The notes beneath the pieces are model-generated. The model was not told the DNA's origin. It ran no database searches and was given only the letters and a program-made list of their open reading frames with translations. A stretch of DNA of 64,000 nucleotides from Eledone cirrhosa (lineage: Eukaryota): contig OZ024740.1 of assembly GCA_964016885.1 (NCBI GenBank), positions 344,968,001 through 345,032,000 on the forward strand, written 5' to 3'. How positions within the stretch are numbered: the stretch's first letter is position 1; each line of letters begins with the position of its first letter. Positions 40,626 to 54,157 of this stretch are shown piece after piece. Position numbers and translations under genes: made by a program.

Positions 40626-42291
40626 GTGGAAATGTGTGAAAACCGCAAAAGTAACAATTACATAAAAAACATGAACAACAATGACAACAACAATAATGAC
40701 AACACCAACAAAGGAAAAAAGCAAGCCAACACGAATAACAACAACAACAATGATAACAACACGAAAGAAAACGGACCCACAGCTGCAGTCTCCTTCGCAC
40801 AGGCGGCTCGAGAAACGCAGACATACAAGGCACTGGACATCTCGAATGCCAAGAAATTGCTGAAAGAAGCAAGGAATTGTGTAAGTTTCAGGGAAGGTGG
40901 GGAATTCACAATTACCGCCCCCGAAGAAATTAGAAGGGACACAATCCTCACGACCGTAATTTTTAGGACAGTTTGGAACGCGACTAGGAAACCGGCTCAA
41001 TTGTCCCAAATAAAATTGAGCTGGTCCTAAGTAGTGCCTGGAAGGATATCGCTTTCATACAGAAAGGGAAACTGTATGGAAGCATATCTGTTTTTATGCA
41101 AGAAGATTTGGCGGCACGGAAATATTCAGTGTCGCCAATTGTATCCAAAGAATACACCTTTGTCCCCACATATTTGGGGAAAAGAACTCAAAAGATAAGA
41201 ATCTCGGACATCAGGCCAAATGTGGGCATTTGGTGGGTGCTAACGGGATTCTTAGAAGATGAGGACACAATCCTTTCGATAGGCGAATCCACCGGGGGCG
41301 TATTCGGCGGCAATAGCCTTGACGTTCTGGTCCAAATGAGACCAGAACGGATAGCAAGAATACCGCAGCGTGTGTCCCTGGATGAAGACGCATTCATAAA
41401 AATTTCTGTTGAGGGCAGGCGGCCTTCATGCTACCACTGTTCAAGAAGTGGTAACCTGAGGTCTTCCTGTCCCCTTTCAAATGCCCCCACCAACAAAAAG
41501 ACGCTTCTGCCCACCCCGCACACAACAACACCACCGCCACCACAACAACAGCAACCACAACAACACGAACAAATAACACAAGACACTGTACCACCCAACC
41601 CTTCCCCACCTAAAACAAATACAAAAGCAACCACAACAAAAACCCCAAAATATACCCCTCCCCAACAACACGGACGAGGACCCCTTATCAACGTCACCCA
41701 GTGACGACGAGGGAGAACTCTTTCAACCGGTAAAAAGAAAGAAAAGAAGGCACCACATCAACAGAAATACAACAAACACACAGCCACCAGCACAAACAGA
41801 ACAAACATCACAAACAAAAAAAACCATCCCTCCCGAAAACATAACACATACTACAAAACGCAAACACACACAAGAACAACAAACAAAAACAAACACAACA
41901 CAACAAAAACAGTATACATACATCAACACAAACAACAAAAACGCTTGTGCAAACAATAGACAAAGACCCTTCGGTTTCCACCGAAGGGAAAATGTTCACC
42001 AACGCGGCGACTAAACAGTATTTAAAAATGATTAGGGTCCCAAGGGACACCTACGCAATGCTCAAACAGAACTTTCCCGAGGATGTGGAGAACCCCTGTA
42101 CTAGACCTAGCAACCGTGACCTCTTGAAATGTTTCTCCACCACCACCGCAGACACCCCTCCCCTACCAAATACCCCCACCCCACCACACACTGATGTCCT
42201 CATCACATCCCAAACAACCACCCCACCACACAACCCCGGCGACACCCCCATGGAAATTGTGCAGCCTCGTCCCCAGGAGAAGGACAGGTAG
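40626..42291 (+). pseudogene. LINE ORF1 (gag-like), disrupted
   Basis: SFAQAA motif, ISVEGRRPSCYHC, Pro/Thr-rich tail; stops and frameshifts. Confidence 0.75.
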
Positions 42292-42334
42292 GTGTCTTTT
42301 CCGTTTTCTCCACTCTAATTGCTTCACCACAAAC

Positions 42335-45300
42335 ATGGCTGTTCTAAGAGTTGGATGTTTAAATGTGCGCGGCCTGGGGATGTTCTGGAAACAGGGCAAA
42401 CACTTAAATGACCTCAGGTGGCACAGAATGGATGTGATAGATATTTGCGAGTCCAGGATCAGCAGCGAGCACCAACTGGCCCCCATCTTCGAGGTATATG
42501 CATCTCTCTATGCAGATCTATGCATCTCTCTGTCAGCCGGGGGTGGAGGCAGGGTGGTCGTTCTGCTACGAAAACACCTGAGCCTCGCAACACGGAAGCT
42601 ACACCTGGACCCGGAGGGCCAACAGGTGGTTATAGACGTCGACAGTAGTGAAGATGGAGCATTCAGGCTGGTGGCAGCGTATGTCCCAACTGGGACACCG
42701 CGACCGGACTTCTTCCAGCGCGTAGAGACTTTTCTGGGAACGTCTTGCTCCTTGCTTTTAGTGGGGGACTGGAATGGTATCCTGGATGCACGTTGGGACT
42801 ATGTAGGGGTATGTCCCGATAGAGGGGAGTGTAACAGCCTCAAACGGTTAATCGGCCGATTTGATCTGGCTGATAGATATCGACTAGATTTTCCGACTGT
42901 GCCACTGTGGACGTGGACTAATGATAGCGGAATATCTAGGTCGTACCTAGATAGGTTCCTAGTTAGAAATAAGGATAGGGACATATTAAGTTGTCCACGA
43001 ATGTTCATGGTTGACTATTCGGATCACAAGTTGGTGACCGGAGTGGTCAACCTTGATAGAACCCATAGACAAGGACCCAGTTACTGTAAACTAAACTTGT
43101 CCTTACCGACAAACAAAGCTTACAGTAAGCGGATTAGCACTCTAGTTAAGCAGCGGTTGACGGGGGAAATTGTCAACAGAAGGTGGTGGGGCTCTCTCTA
43201 GAGAGAAATTAGAATAGAATCGATAGGTTTTAGTCAGGAATTAGCATCAGATAGGAATAGAACTGAAAGGGAATTGATAGATAAAGTAGAAGAGGCGATT
43301 ATAAGTGACAACGTTGCAGACGTGCTGGCTTCAAGAACGGCCCTAGACCAGTTCTTTGACGCGAAGCACGAGGGCTGCGTTGTCAGGAGTAAAATACGTG
43401 CTCTGGGTAACTAGGGAGCAAAAGCTGTTAGCTGGGCCCGAGTGACAGAGGCAAGTCCACGATTCGGTCTTTGAAGGACCAGGATGGACGCGTGATCCTT
43501 GAACCTGAGCGGATGTGCGCGGCCTTTCAACGGCGCTTTGCACGACTGTTCGGGAGGGGAGGCAACAGAACGGGAGAATTCCCAGTTCTGTGACCAAGGG
43601 CTTATTCACGCTGGTGAGGAAGGACGAGAACAAGGGGGATGACATAGATAACTTCAGGCCCATAACTCTGCTAAACACAGAGTTAAAGATTTTGGCCAAG
43701 GTGTGAGCGAAGAGGTTGGCGCTTGTCGTCGGGAACCTGACGGGAGAAGCGCAGACATGCGCAATCCCGTCCAGGTCCATACAGGACAACGTTCACCTCA
43801 TGCGATACATCGTAGAGAGGGTAAGGAACGACATCGGCTTTGGTGGGGCCCTGATCAACTTGGATCAATCTAAGGCGTTCGATAGGGTCGACCATCGGTA
43901 CCTGGATGCGGTGCTCTCGGCGGCAGGCTTCGGACCCGTTTTCAGGGGCTGGATTGCTGCAATGCACAGCAGCAACACCTGCTCGAGGGTCAAGGTGAAC
44001 GGCTACCTCCGTTCCAAATCACGCGATCCATCCGGCAGGGATGCCCTCTCTCCTCCCTACTGTATGTGCTGGCTCTCGAGCCACTACTGCGGATGTTGGA
44101 ACTGTTGCAGGGAATCCCCTTGGAACTGGGATTGCGGAAAGCGGTGTCAGCCTACGCCGATGACGTGACAGTAATGGTGTCGTGCGCCTCGGAAATCGGG
44201 CAGATCGGCACCTTACTGGAGGAATACGAAAGGTTTACAGGAGCCAAGCTGAATTGGGACAAGCCCGTCGGTTTGCAACTCGGAACGTGGAGAGGCAAAC
44301 CGATGCCTTCCGACGGCGTCGTCGGACACTGGACGGAGGGACCGGTAAAGCTGCTCGGGGTCTGGTTCGGACCGGACCTCCAGGTGGAGAAAAACTGGGA
44401 CGAGGTAACGGGCAGGGTGTTTGCACTCGCCCAGAAGTGGGCCGAGTGCAAACTATCCCTGAAATGTCGAGCGGAGGTGGCAAACACTTATATAGCGTCC
44501 GTCAGCTACTACCGCTTGACCGTCGTGCCTTGCCCAGCGAAAACGCTCGCCAAAATGGAGCGCGCGCTCTTCCGATTCCTTTAAAAGAAGCGGGCCCCTT
44601 TCCTTTGGTGAGAAGATCCATCTGCTGTCAACACCCTTCGAACGGAGGGCTTGGGATGCCGTTGTTGACGATGCGTAGACACGCATTCAGCCTACGGCAT
44701 CTCCAGGTATTCCTCACCGGTGCCGGTGTGGGCCCCTTTTGTGAGGCGAGCCTTTCCGAGACTCGTCTCACTCACCGAGCTGCAATCCTGGGTCAAGTAA
44801 AGACCGACAAAAATGGGCTACTGGCAAATCGAATGTGCCCAGGCGCTCACAGCCCTCTGGCAAGCGGATCCGGCAATCAGTAGAGACTCAACCTCAACAT
44901 TCTATAGAGGGTTGGTGCGCAGTAAGTGCGACGACGCTCTCAGAGAGGCTCTGTGCATGGAGGAAGTCGAGCTAGCCAGTCTGTTCGGTAGGACGTTTGC
45001 TCCGGGACCGATGGAAAACTTCCAAAGGTCCGTGGCTTGGCAGTGCTACCGAGGAGCTCTACCTGTTCGGGGCAAGCTCTACAGACACGGGCGCCCGGGT
45101 AGGGACTCTTCAAAGGAGATCTGTTCGAGATGCGTGCGTGACGAGGTAACCGTCGCGCAGATATTCGTACACTGCCCGCGATTTGCTGACCTGTGGGGAT
45201 ATGTGGAACGACTACTATCGCGGGTGGGACCAATCAGGTTGACCACAGAGTACATTGTCACGATCAAACCGCCCCCCCCCCTTCAAAAACGAAGGAGAGG

Positions 45301-45541
45301 CGGTTTTCCTCTGTGTGATAGCTATGGCGAAAGAGGTTGTATGGTGGATGAGGTTGAAAGGGCTGAGGTCAGACACTTTTCTCTCCGGCCACACCTGGTC
45401 TTTTTTTTCAAGTACCATTTTAGAAGAAGGATCAGAATGGAGAGAGAGGTGCTCTACCGCAGCAAGTTTTATGAAAGGTTGGTGAAAGTGGCGAGAATGG
45501 CCCGAGTGAATGGGCCTTCTCTCTATATCAGAAGTAGGTGA
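42335..45541 (+). pseudogene. LINE ORF2 (AP endonuclease plus RT), disrupted, internal deletion near 43555
   Basis: MAVLRVGCLNVRGL start; APE and RT motifs spread over several frames. Confidence 0.9.
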
Positions 45542-45803
45542 GAGAGGAGAGGAAGGGAGCATCCGCTCTTTGTGCTCCTGAGGAGGAGTGTTGCACATTT
45601 TTTTCGGGGGTGTGTGCGACACACGTCAACGCCCCCTCCCTATTGAGGACTTCGATTGTTGAATTTTATTTGTTATATGTTTTTACACGTCCTTTTAAAT
45701 GTATGTAACCCCCCACCCCCACCCCTGTATTTGTCCCAATCTTTGATGTCCTGGTGGCAAATAAATAGAAAGTTATCTATCTATCTATCTATATATCTAT
45801 CTA

Positions 45804-45846
<43 letters not shown>

Positions 45847-46734
45847 GGGGAGGGTTATGTCTTTGTATGTCTATGTATGTATACCATGATGAGTGAGTAT
45901 TCACTAAATATTTGACTGCCCTTATATCTGATCTGATTATGCATGAAATATACATTTATATATGCATCTATATAAATGAACATTTTTTTCTTCTAGCCAT
46001 AAAGATGTGTTTTATTATACTATATTTAAGAATCTATGGATTACTTGTACCAAGTGACTCTAAGGGAAATATTTTTATCTGACGAGTTTGTAATCTTAAG
46101 AACATCTTTTGTATATTAGAACTATATGATGGGCGAAATGTCAAAACAAAAATATTGTTCCCCGGATGATGCTACCACTCACGATTAAGTGTGTGAATGT
46201 GTGGGGAATTTTGTGAGTTTGAGTGTGTGTGTGAGTATTGGTTTGTGTGTGTGTGTGCGTGTGTGTGTGTGTGTGTGTATCTGTGTGTCTGTGTGTGTGC
46301 GATAGAGCGAGAGTGAGAGGTTGACACAGAGGGTGGATGAGTATATAGGAAAGATGGAAAAGGAAGAGAATATATATGAGATATATAATGTAAGTGGAGG
46401 ACTAGAGAAGCAAAAAACACTGCCTCACAATTCAAAATGTTCTTAGAAGGAGTAGAAAAATGTCTAACAAAACAACACGGACCACAGCAACGATAACACC
46501 AATTTCAATAATAATAGTTTGTTCATGTGAACCCCCTCTGAGGATACCTTTAAAGTACCATTAAAAGTACTTAAAGCCCTATAGGTTCAACGCATGTTGA
46601 CGTTTTTGTTGTTATTTTGTCTTGTCGATAATTTGTAATTTACGGATATATTTACTGGGGTTAATGGCTTTGTTGGTATTTGAAGTTTCATCCTTCTACT
46701 TGTGGGTTTTTTATCGTACTTCTTTCTGTGGCAT

Positions 46735-46771
46735 TTGATGAAGATGATGATGATGGATATGGTAGTGGTAT

Positions 46772-46812
<41 letters not shown>

Positions 46813-46983
46813 GCGGCGGCGGTGTTGATGGTGGTGGTTGTGATGGTGGTAGTGGTGGTGATGGTGATGGTGGTAGTGGTGGTGATGGTGTTTGTGGTGG
46901 TTGTGGTGGTGGTGGTCGTGGGCTTGGTGTTGGTATTGGTGATGATGGTGGTGATAATGATGATGATGATGATGATAATGATA

Positions 46984-47014
<31 letters not shown>

Positions 47015-47094
47015 GGAGGAGGAGGAGGAGGAGGAGGGGGGGAGGAGGAGGAGAAGGAGGAGGAGGGGGAGGGGGAGAGGAGGAGGAGGAGGAT

Positions 47095-47126
<32 letters not shown>

Positions 47127-47200
47127 GGAGGAGGAGGAGGGGAAAGAAGACGAAAAAGAAGAAGAGAAGAAATACGAGGAGGAAGGAAAAGACGAGGAGT
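46735..47200. repeat. Compound (GAT)n/(GGT)n/(GAG)n microsatellite
   Basis: Trinucleotide runs; all ORFs are homopolymeric. Confidence 0.92.
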
Positions 47201-47371
47201 AGAATGTTTAGAATATATATATGCTATCGACAGAATCATGTGTCAGACAAAATATCTTTCGTCTTTTGTTCACAGCCTTAATGTTCTGTGTTCAACTTTT
47301 CACAAAAGTCAATTTATTTTTCGCTTTCCGGGCTCTGTGAAATGAATACAGTCAAGTCCTGGATTCTATAT

Positions 47372-47553
47372 AATTGTTTCTACTGTTGGCACAAGGCCAG
47401 AAACTACCCAGTACATTACTGGTACTTTATTTTATCGACCTCGTAAGGATGAAAGGCAAAGTTAACCTCGGCGGGATTTGAACTCAGATCGTAAAGGGAC
47501 GTAACTATGTTGGAAAGCATGTCCGACCCTCTACCGATACTGCCAATTCACTG
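47372..47553 (-). mobile_element. tRNA-head SINE, near full length
   Basis: Reverse complement has A box TGGCAGTATCGG and B box GAGTTCAAATCC, core and tail as at 57076. Confidence 0.88.
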
Positions 47554-48733
47554 CCCTGGATTCTATATAATGGACTATAACTCCTCCTCAATAAGTTTTG
47601 AAATATTGTGCAGTCATAATGAACAGTCAAGTTATGCGGATAACAGAACATTTGTTTCAAAAAACTACCAATGCTCCATCTTTAACATAGGGTTAGTGCT
47701 ATACATATCTACGAGAAACATACACATATACACCAGGTCTGAATACAAAGGAACCGAACTTCCTCTGTCACTGCCTCTGTCTCTCTGCCTCTCACTATCT
47801 CTCTCTGTTATGAACAAATAGGATCCTACGGGCGAGCCGCCCCGAAAACATATGAAGCAAGCAATTTTAGTTTGATATATTCAATTTATTGTACTGTATT
47901 TTAAGTCTTATTAGATAGCGCTTTTAGGTTTGCATTGGCTTTCTTATTTTATGCTGACGTTTATAATATTAATTCAGTGAATGAATACATTTATAATAAT
48001 TTAAATTTCTGTCCACTGCAAAATAATTCGTTGATCTGTAGTTTGCGAAGCCTAGCGGATTGGTGTAAATTTAGTCCGCAAATAGAATCTTACAGATATA
48101 TAAATAGAAATATTATTTCTTCCTTATAACTTTTATATTCTCACATCATGTATGCTATGTGTATGGTAACAGCTGGTCTGAATATTGGTTACATTTCAGC
48201 TGTTTCTGTTGTTCAAACAAGTTGTTCAAATTTACAGGGGTCATTTTTAACGTAAAAGAAGATGATGATATATTGAGACACTTGAAGTGTTTTCAAGGGT
48301 CTCCAGATCACACATGCGCGGGAAGAACTTACTGTGTATATACATAAATACACACACACACCCATATATAAAGTGGAAGTAAGATGTATTTCAATTTAAC
48401 ACATTTTTATTCTTGATCAAAAGTGACACGAGTTTCGCAGATGATCAGCTGGCGGTCTTAATCTAAACGATCGACATGATTCTGGTATCGATCTTTTCCT
48501 CAGATATGTGTTGACGAATAAACATCTGTTAATTCGAATTTTCGTTATTATTCATTTAATGTTCTGCTGTTTATATTAACACATTGATGTTGTAAAGAGA
48601 ATATACGTTCACCATTGCCTGTCATATTAGTGCCTCCTACAATATTTTAACAAATATTTCTTACTGCTCGACTACATATATATAGTTGCAACGTTTTACG
48701 AAATACTTCTGCGTTCACAGATTTTTTTTTTTT

Positions 48734-48784
48734 AGTTTCAGAAGATCCCGTTAAGGGTGAAAGCAGCGATTCTTTGCTTAAACT
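48734..48784 (+). ncRNA. Hammerhead-like ribozyme, CAGAAGA core variant
   Basis: AGTTT-CAGAAGA-T-CCC-GTTAA-GGG-T-GAA-AGCA-gcgattctt-TGCT-T-AAACT; all three helices pair. Confidence 0.6.
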
Positions 48785-49343
48785 TTAATCTTAAAATTTA
48801 ATAAAAGTATATATATATATATATGTAATCAAACTTATGCCAAAATCTCAATTTAAATTACTTATGTGAGTGATATTTTATCTGTATATTTTATTGAGAT
48901 ATCTATTAGAAACAATGAAACATGAAATGCCAGTTTACGCAATAGACTGAAGAAGGGTTCCGTTGTTAATATGCGCTTGAGGCGATAAATAACAAATAAT
49001 GAACAGGGAAATTTACGTGTGTTTTTCAACAAACCAGCGATAAATATAAATGGACAACGGGTATAGAATGTAAAATGTGCCAAACGTTAACACTGGAGAA
49101 ATTGAGAATTATTTAGACATTTCGTCATGGTGTTTAAGAAAAGAAGTCTGGTACCTACCAAAGCTTAGAGAAAAAAGACGAAAGGAATAGCTAAATTGTA
49201 AGGGGAGAACCAAACGTAAAGCACGAGATATATATATAATGTAAGTCAACACCAAAATCAGAACGAACTAATTATTTATTGCTAATCACTCTATTAATAG
49301 TGACACTGTTATGGCCAACACCAGGAGAGAAAGATAGAAGATA

Positions 49344-49561
49344 ATAAACAAAAATGTGAACTTTTCTTGCTATATATATGTATGTAAAGCACGTTATTTT
49401 TTCCATATTCTTATTAATATACAATTTAATTTCATTATACACTTCCGTCGCAAAAACGATAAACAAAAATGTGAATTTTTCTCTCTATATATGTAAACCA
49501 TGTTACATTTGTCCATATTCTTATCAATATACAATTTAATTTCATTATACACTTCCGTCGC
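49344..49561 (+). repeat. ~110-bp tandem duplication
   Basis: ATAAACAAAAATGTGAA...TTCATTATACACTTCCGTCGC occurs twice. Confidence 0.8.
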
Positions 49562-49750
49562 TTGAAGAAGCCCATAGGCTGTAATCGTTACGAAAAATAA
49601 GGAAATTCCTGTTACTCTACGAGAAAATCCCTTTTTAAGGGACTCTGTGAATGGATTCTTAAAACAATGATACAAATCAGTAGTTGTGCCTGAAAACATT
49701 ATTTTAAATACAACAGAGTTTTGTAGCTTGCTTAAAACATTCTTGAATAG

Positions 49751-49898
49751 GAAACACAAATTTAAATTTTGAAAATCAAAACAATGTGTTATTAAATTGC
49801 CAAGATACAAAAGAATCTTACCTTACCAAATTTGCGAAGGTAAGTTTCTTTTGTTATGTTGGCATTGTTTTTCGTTTTCAAAATTTAAATTTGTGTTC
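49751..49898. repeat. Imperfect fold-back hairpin
   Basis: AACACAAATTTAAATTTTGAAAA...TCTTACCTT / AAGGTAAG...TTTTCAAAATTTAAATTTGTGTT. Confidence 0.7.
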
Positions 49899-50339
49899 AG
49901 TATTTTAAATATTAAGAAGAAAATGCTTTTTCTTAGTTTCTTTCAAATTTTCTTTTCGTTGATCAAATATTGAATATTAACACATTGCGTTGTATGGGAG
50001 TTCACGTACTTCGTCGTAACACTTCATCCTGTTATGAAAGCACAAGTTTCCGGACTCGAACGTTATTGAAATATAAAGTTTAATATGGAAACGGGAAATT
50101 CAAGGGAAATTTAATGCAAGGAATCCTTCTGTGAATTATTGAAGAATGTTTTTAACTAATGTATAGAACCTGAAGAATTATTGTAAATGATATTATTCAT
50201 TTCGGTTTTAGTTTAATCTCTAGAGAATTGTTTATATTATTTTTGTAGAAATCAAGAATTTGTTTTCTTTATTCAAAGAGAGGTTAATAAATGTATACTC
50301 TCAACACACACAAAAATACAAATACCACTGAGTCGTGTT

Positions 50340-50678
50340 GCGAGTGGTTATGCTTTTATGTGACTTCACGTGAATAACATAACACTCCTTTGAGAGGAGT
50401 ACACGCTCACAGAAATTGCATGTCCAACTACTGATGACTTCATTAAGACTGTGAGACTAGCCCTTCCGGAGCTGACGCTTCAGTTGTTTATGTTCTAGAG
50501 ATCAAAGGTTTTGCAACTTCCCTTTATGCGCTTTCATGACTGAGCCCTATCTAGTGCTATCTCCTCCCAGTTGTCTATATCAAATACTAGCTCTTTGAGG
50601 CTGTTCTTGATGCGGTTCCAGAACCTCATTTTCGGTTTGTGTTGAGGCTTTTTTCCTATATGGAGCTCACCGTACCAC
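50340..50678 (-). mobile_element. RTE (BovB-like) LINE 3' fragment
   Basis: WYGELHIGKKPQHKPKMRF.NRIKNSLK...IDNWEEIALDR is typical of the RTE ORF C-terminus. Confidence 0.7.
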
Positions 50679-50830
50679 AACAACAGCAGCATCAAAACGA
50701 ACACCAACACCAATATCGACAAAAGCAACAGCAACAAAATAAACACTAATACCAATATCTACAACAGCAACAACATCACAATGAACTACACCAACATCTA
50801 CAACAATAAAAGCAACTTCAAAATGATAAA

Positions 50831-51556
50831 AGCTCGTTTTCGAGTACGGCCACTACTCCTTTATATCCATGTAGGAGAACCCCTACCAATGCGCTGAACG
50901 AGTGTGACTTTTTTAGTCCAGCCAGCGCCTAGAAAACTCTGGTACAAACTTGTGACAATTATTGACGCATAGTGCTGGGTCCATGACGACAAGTGCAGAG
51001 AGATCTCCAGATATAAATCAATGCCTGTGCCGTGAAGCTTTTATAGTGAGCAAAGGCACTGCACAAAGCCAGTCCCACTCTCTTAACCAAGATGATATTT
51101 ACTAAAAAGAACAAGTCAACATCATTGGATACCATCAGGATTGCAGGTGTTATATCAGAGTTTTCCTTCTCCTAGAATTCTGCCTTAAGAAAGGCTAAGG
51201 GGTCTTCTCACCCGGTGATTTTGGATGGCCATTGACTCTTAAGAGCTCCTTTGCCCTTTGACAAGTTTTGTTTTTAGTCGTGCAGGATGTCCAAAGTCAC
51301 CCTCCTCACCAAGAAACCTTGGTGGGGTTGCCATACATACATACATACATACATGGTGGCTGTCAACTCGTTTTCGAGTACGGCCACTACTTTATATCCA
51401 TGTAGGGGAACCCCTACCGATGCGCTGAACAAGTGTGACTTTTTAGTCCAGCCAGCGACATGAAAACTCTGATACAAACACTACACTTGTGATAATTATT
51501 GACACATAGTGCTGGTCCTATGGTACCATGTGATGACAAGTGCAGAGAGATCTCCA
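50831..51556 (-). mobile_element. Two copies (one near full, one 3' part) of the 2466-3020 retroposon separated by (CATA)n
   Basis: Reverse complement similarity to 2466-3020. Confidence 0.8.
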
Positions 51557-51576
51557 TACATACATACATACATACA

Positions 51577-51608
<32 letters not shown>

Positions 51609-52152
51609 CAAAACCGTAGCGATTTCAAGAGGTTGACTGAGTAAATGTGACAATCCGTCTTTCATTTGTTTTTTCCATTGTAAATCGTGGGGTTATGCGT
51701 TCGATTCCAAACCTGATGGTGATCCGTTATGTCCTTGAGTAAGAGACTTTGTTTGACGTTGCTCCTTCTGCTTGGATTTACGACCGACAGGTAATATTAG
51801 CATTTGGAAAGACCAATGGAAAGATTGTTTCCGCTGTCGGATTTGACATGCTCCACACCACTCTTTAAGCGAATGAGGTCTGGGACCTTGTTGATCGATT
51901 CTCGCCTACCCCTCCATCCACCCACCACCTCTATACGCCTCACATCTTTTCAACACTTGTTTTAAACATTTATTTTCCAACTCATGTATTATTTTTATTT
52001 TTATTTTTTCCACCACCTCCTGCTCCTTCACCTTCCCACCACTCTCCTGATTGATAGAGGGCTTATTCCCGAACGTCACACCCGACACCTCACTCTCAAT
52101 AAGGGTGAACCTAATACCTTTCGTAATTTTACTCCTGTTTTTTTTTACTTTT

Positions 52153-52245
<93 letters not shown>

Positions 52246-52913
52246 TGAGAGTATTGAAGTTTGCTTGAAGCATTGTGGAATAATAAGGTAAATTTCTTTA
52301 AGTCGTTTGGAAGCCTCGGCAATGCAGATGGGTAAATCTCCGGATAACAAGATCCGGTGGTGGAGAGAGAGATGTAAGTGGGTGTACGTTGAGATGCATC
52401 GCGTGTATAGGACTGTAGCGTGTAGAGGAATGAAGGAAAGAGCGTAAAGGATAGAAATAAATATAACAACACGAGATAGAGTTACCTTGGGAGAGATTTA
52501 ATTGTCTCTATATATTTCGGATTCACATCCATCAACTGGGGTTTTTTTCCGGGGGGCGGGAAGATTGTCTGTCGGAAAGGTGCGAAACCTGTCCTCCGCT
52601 GTTCGTTGTTTTGAATATCTGAGGTATTCAGCAGAGCGTGCGTGCGCGTGAAATGGGGTCGGTCGGGCAGAGGTCAGCGGCCGAAGTAGTTCTTTCAATT
52701 GTGGGAGTGGGGTGGCGCAAGCTGTCAGTCCATAGTATTCTCTGCCTGTTTGGTGAATGTTACTGTGTGTGTGTGTGCGTGTGCTGTTGCCTTGTTCCTC
52801 TGTATTGGCAGTGTAGTATGTTCGTATGATGGAATGCTACTGTGTGCGTGTGTGTGTGTGTTGGTGTCTCGCTTGTGTGTGTGTGTGCGTGTGTTGCTGC
52901 ATTGTTTGTTAAT

Positions 52914-53275
52914 TTACACCAACCACCTCATTTCGCTTCTCTCGGATCGGTTGTTTAATTGTGGCCCTAGGCGTTTGATCCAAAGTGCTTCGTTGATACG
53001 TAATGTGCCGACGTCTCTTTCTGTCGCTAGAATTGTGACAATGGGCCTTCCGTCTTTGTTTCCGCATTTGGCTAAGTTTTTCCGGAAAGTCGAGGCCCTG
53101 GTGTTAGTGTGCTCCTTGATCCGGATGTGCAACGGCCGGATTGTGCTACCTATATAGTATTGGTTGCACTCGTTTCATTCTATCTTATACACGACGTATG
53201 TGCGTAGGCAACAGTTCGCATGGCGCATCGGACAGTCTCTGAGGGAGCACGCGTCAGTTCACGTTTCGCACCTTT
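52914..53275 (-). pseudogene. GIY-YIG endonuclease remnant
   Basis: C..RTYVVYKIE.NECNQYYIGSTIRPLHIRIKEH...RINEALWIKRLGPQLNNR. Confidence 0.88.
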
Positions 53276-53302
53276 CCAACAGACCCCCCCCCCCGAAAAA
53301 AA

Positions 53303-53337
53303 CCCAGTTGATGGATGTGAATCCGAAATATATAGGG
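53303..53337 (+). ncRNA. Hammerhead-like motif with CAGUUGA core (inverted copy at 52506-52541)
   Basis: CC-CAGTTGA-T-GGAT-GTGA-ATCC-GAA-ATATAT-A-GG at the pseudo-LTR start. Confidence 0.5.
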
Positions 53338-54042
53338 ACAATTAAATCTCTCCCAAGGTAACTCTATCTCGTGTTGTTATTTTTATTTTTATCCTTTACG
53401 CTCCTTCCTTCATTCCTCTACACGCTACAGTCTTATACACGCGACGTATCTCAACGTACACCCACTTACATCTCTCTCTCACCCCCACCGGATCTTGTTA
53501 CCCGGAGATTTACCCATCTGCATTGTCGAGGCTTCCAAACGACTTAAAGAAATATATATATATATTCATAATTATGTCGATTCTCGGCGATTGTGACACA
53601 CAACGGTCCAAATGCGAAGTCTGATACAATGGTTCACCATAACACACTTTATATTTGAAATCAAAGTCACGAAATCTATATAGAAATATATATGCCGAAA
53701 CATGACAAGACCTTTGTATATACGCGTTAAAGTATAGATAGAACAACTTTTCACTACAACACGTATCATTATAAAATGACATCTTCATATTAGGAATATT
53801 TTCAACTTAAATACTTTTTTGGTATAAACCTATAAAACTTTTGTGTGTGAGGGGGGAGTCTACTACTTTTTGAAAGAAAGCAGTCATCAAGCGTCTTAAA
53901 GGTTTCAAGTCCGGTGATAACAAATCCGAAACAGACACAATAACATCACTCCCATATTTCATTCCTGTAACCGAGAAGCAATATGAATCACTACTTTTGA
54001 GAAGTCAGTGGCTCTAGGATATGTATTGTTCCATACGAAGTG

Positions 54043-54110
<68 letters not shown>

Positions 54111-54113
54111 TAC

Positions 54114-54157
<44 letters not shown>

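Larger units (their letters stand above)
40288..45773 (+). mobile_element. Near full-length decayed Tx1/L1-clade LINE
   Basis: ORF1 with zinc-knuckle-like CYHCSRSGNLRSSC; ORF2 APE domain (LNVRGL, VGDWN, YLDRF, SDH), RT (FRPITLLN, LDQSKAFDRV, YADD), Cys motif CSRC...HCP; AATAAA at about 45760; (TCTA)n on both sides. Confidence 0.9.
52298..53550 (-). mobile_element. PLE 3' fragment: GIY-YIG remnant bracketed by inverted ~255-bp pseudo-LTRs
   Basis: Arms 52298-52557 and 53285-53550 are reverse complements; internal GIY-YIG coding remnant. Confidence 0.88.

Noticed and set aside
46680-47281. Acidic/Gly/Pro-rich ORFs
   Set aside because: Compound trinucleotide microsatellite, open in several frames on both strands
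52045-52090. GATAGAGGGCTTATTCCCGAACGTC, resembling a PLE hammerhead
   Set aside because: Both core segments are damaged; counted only as a degenerate relic, not annotated as a ribozyme
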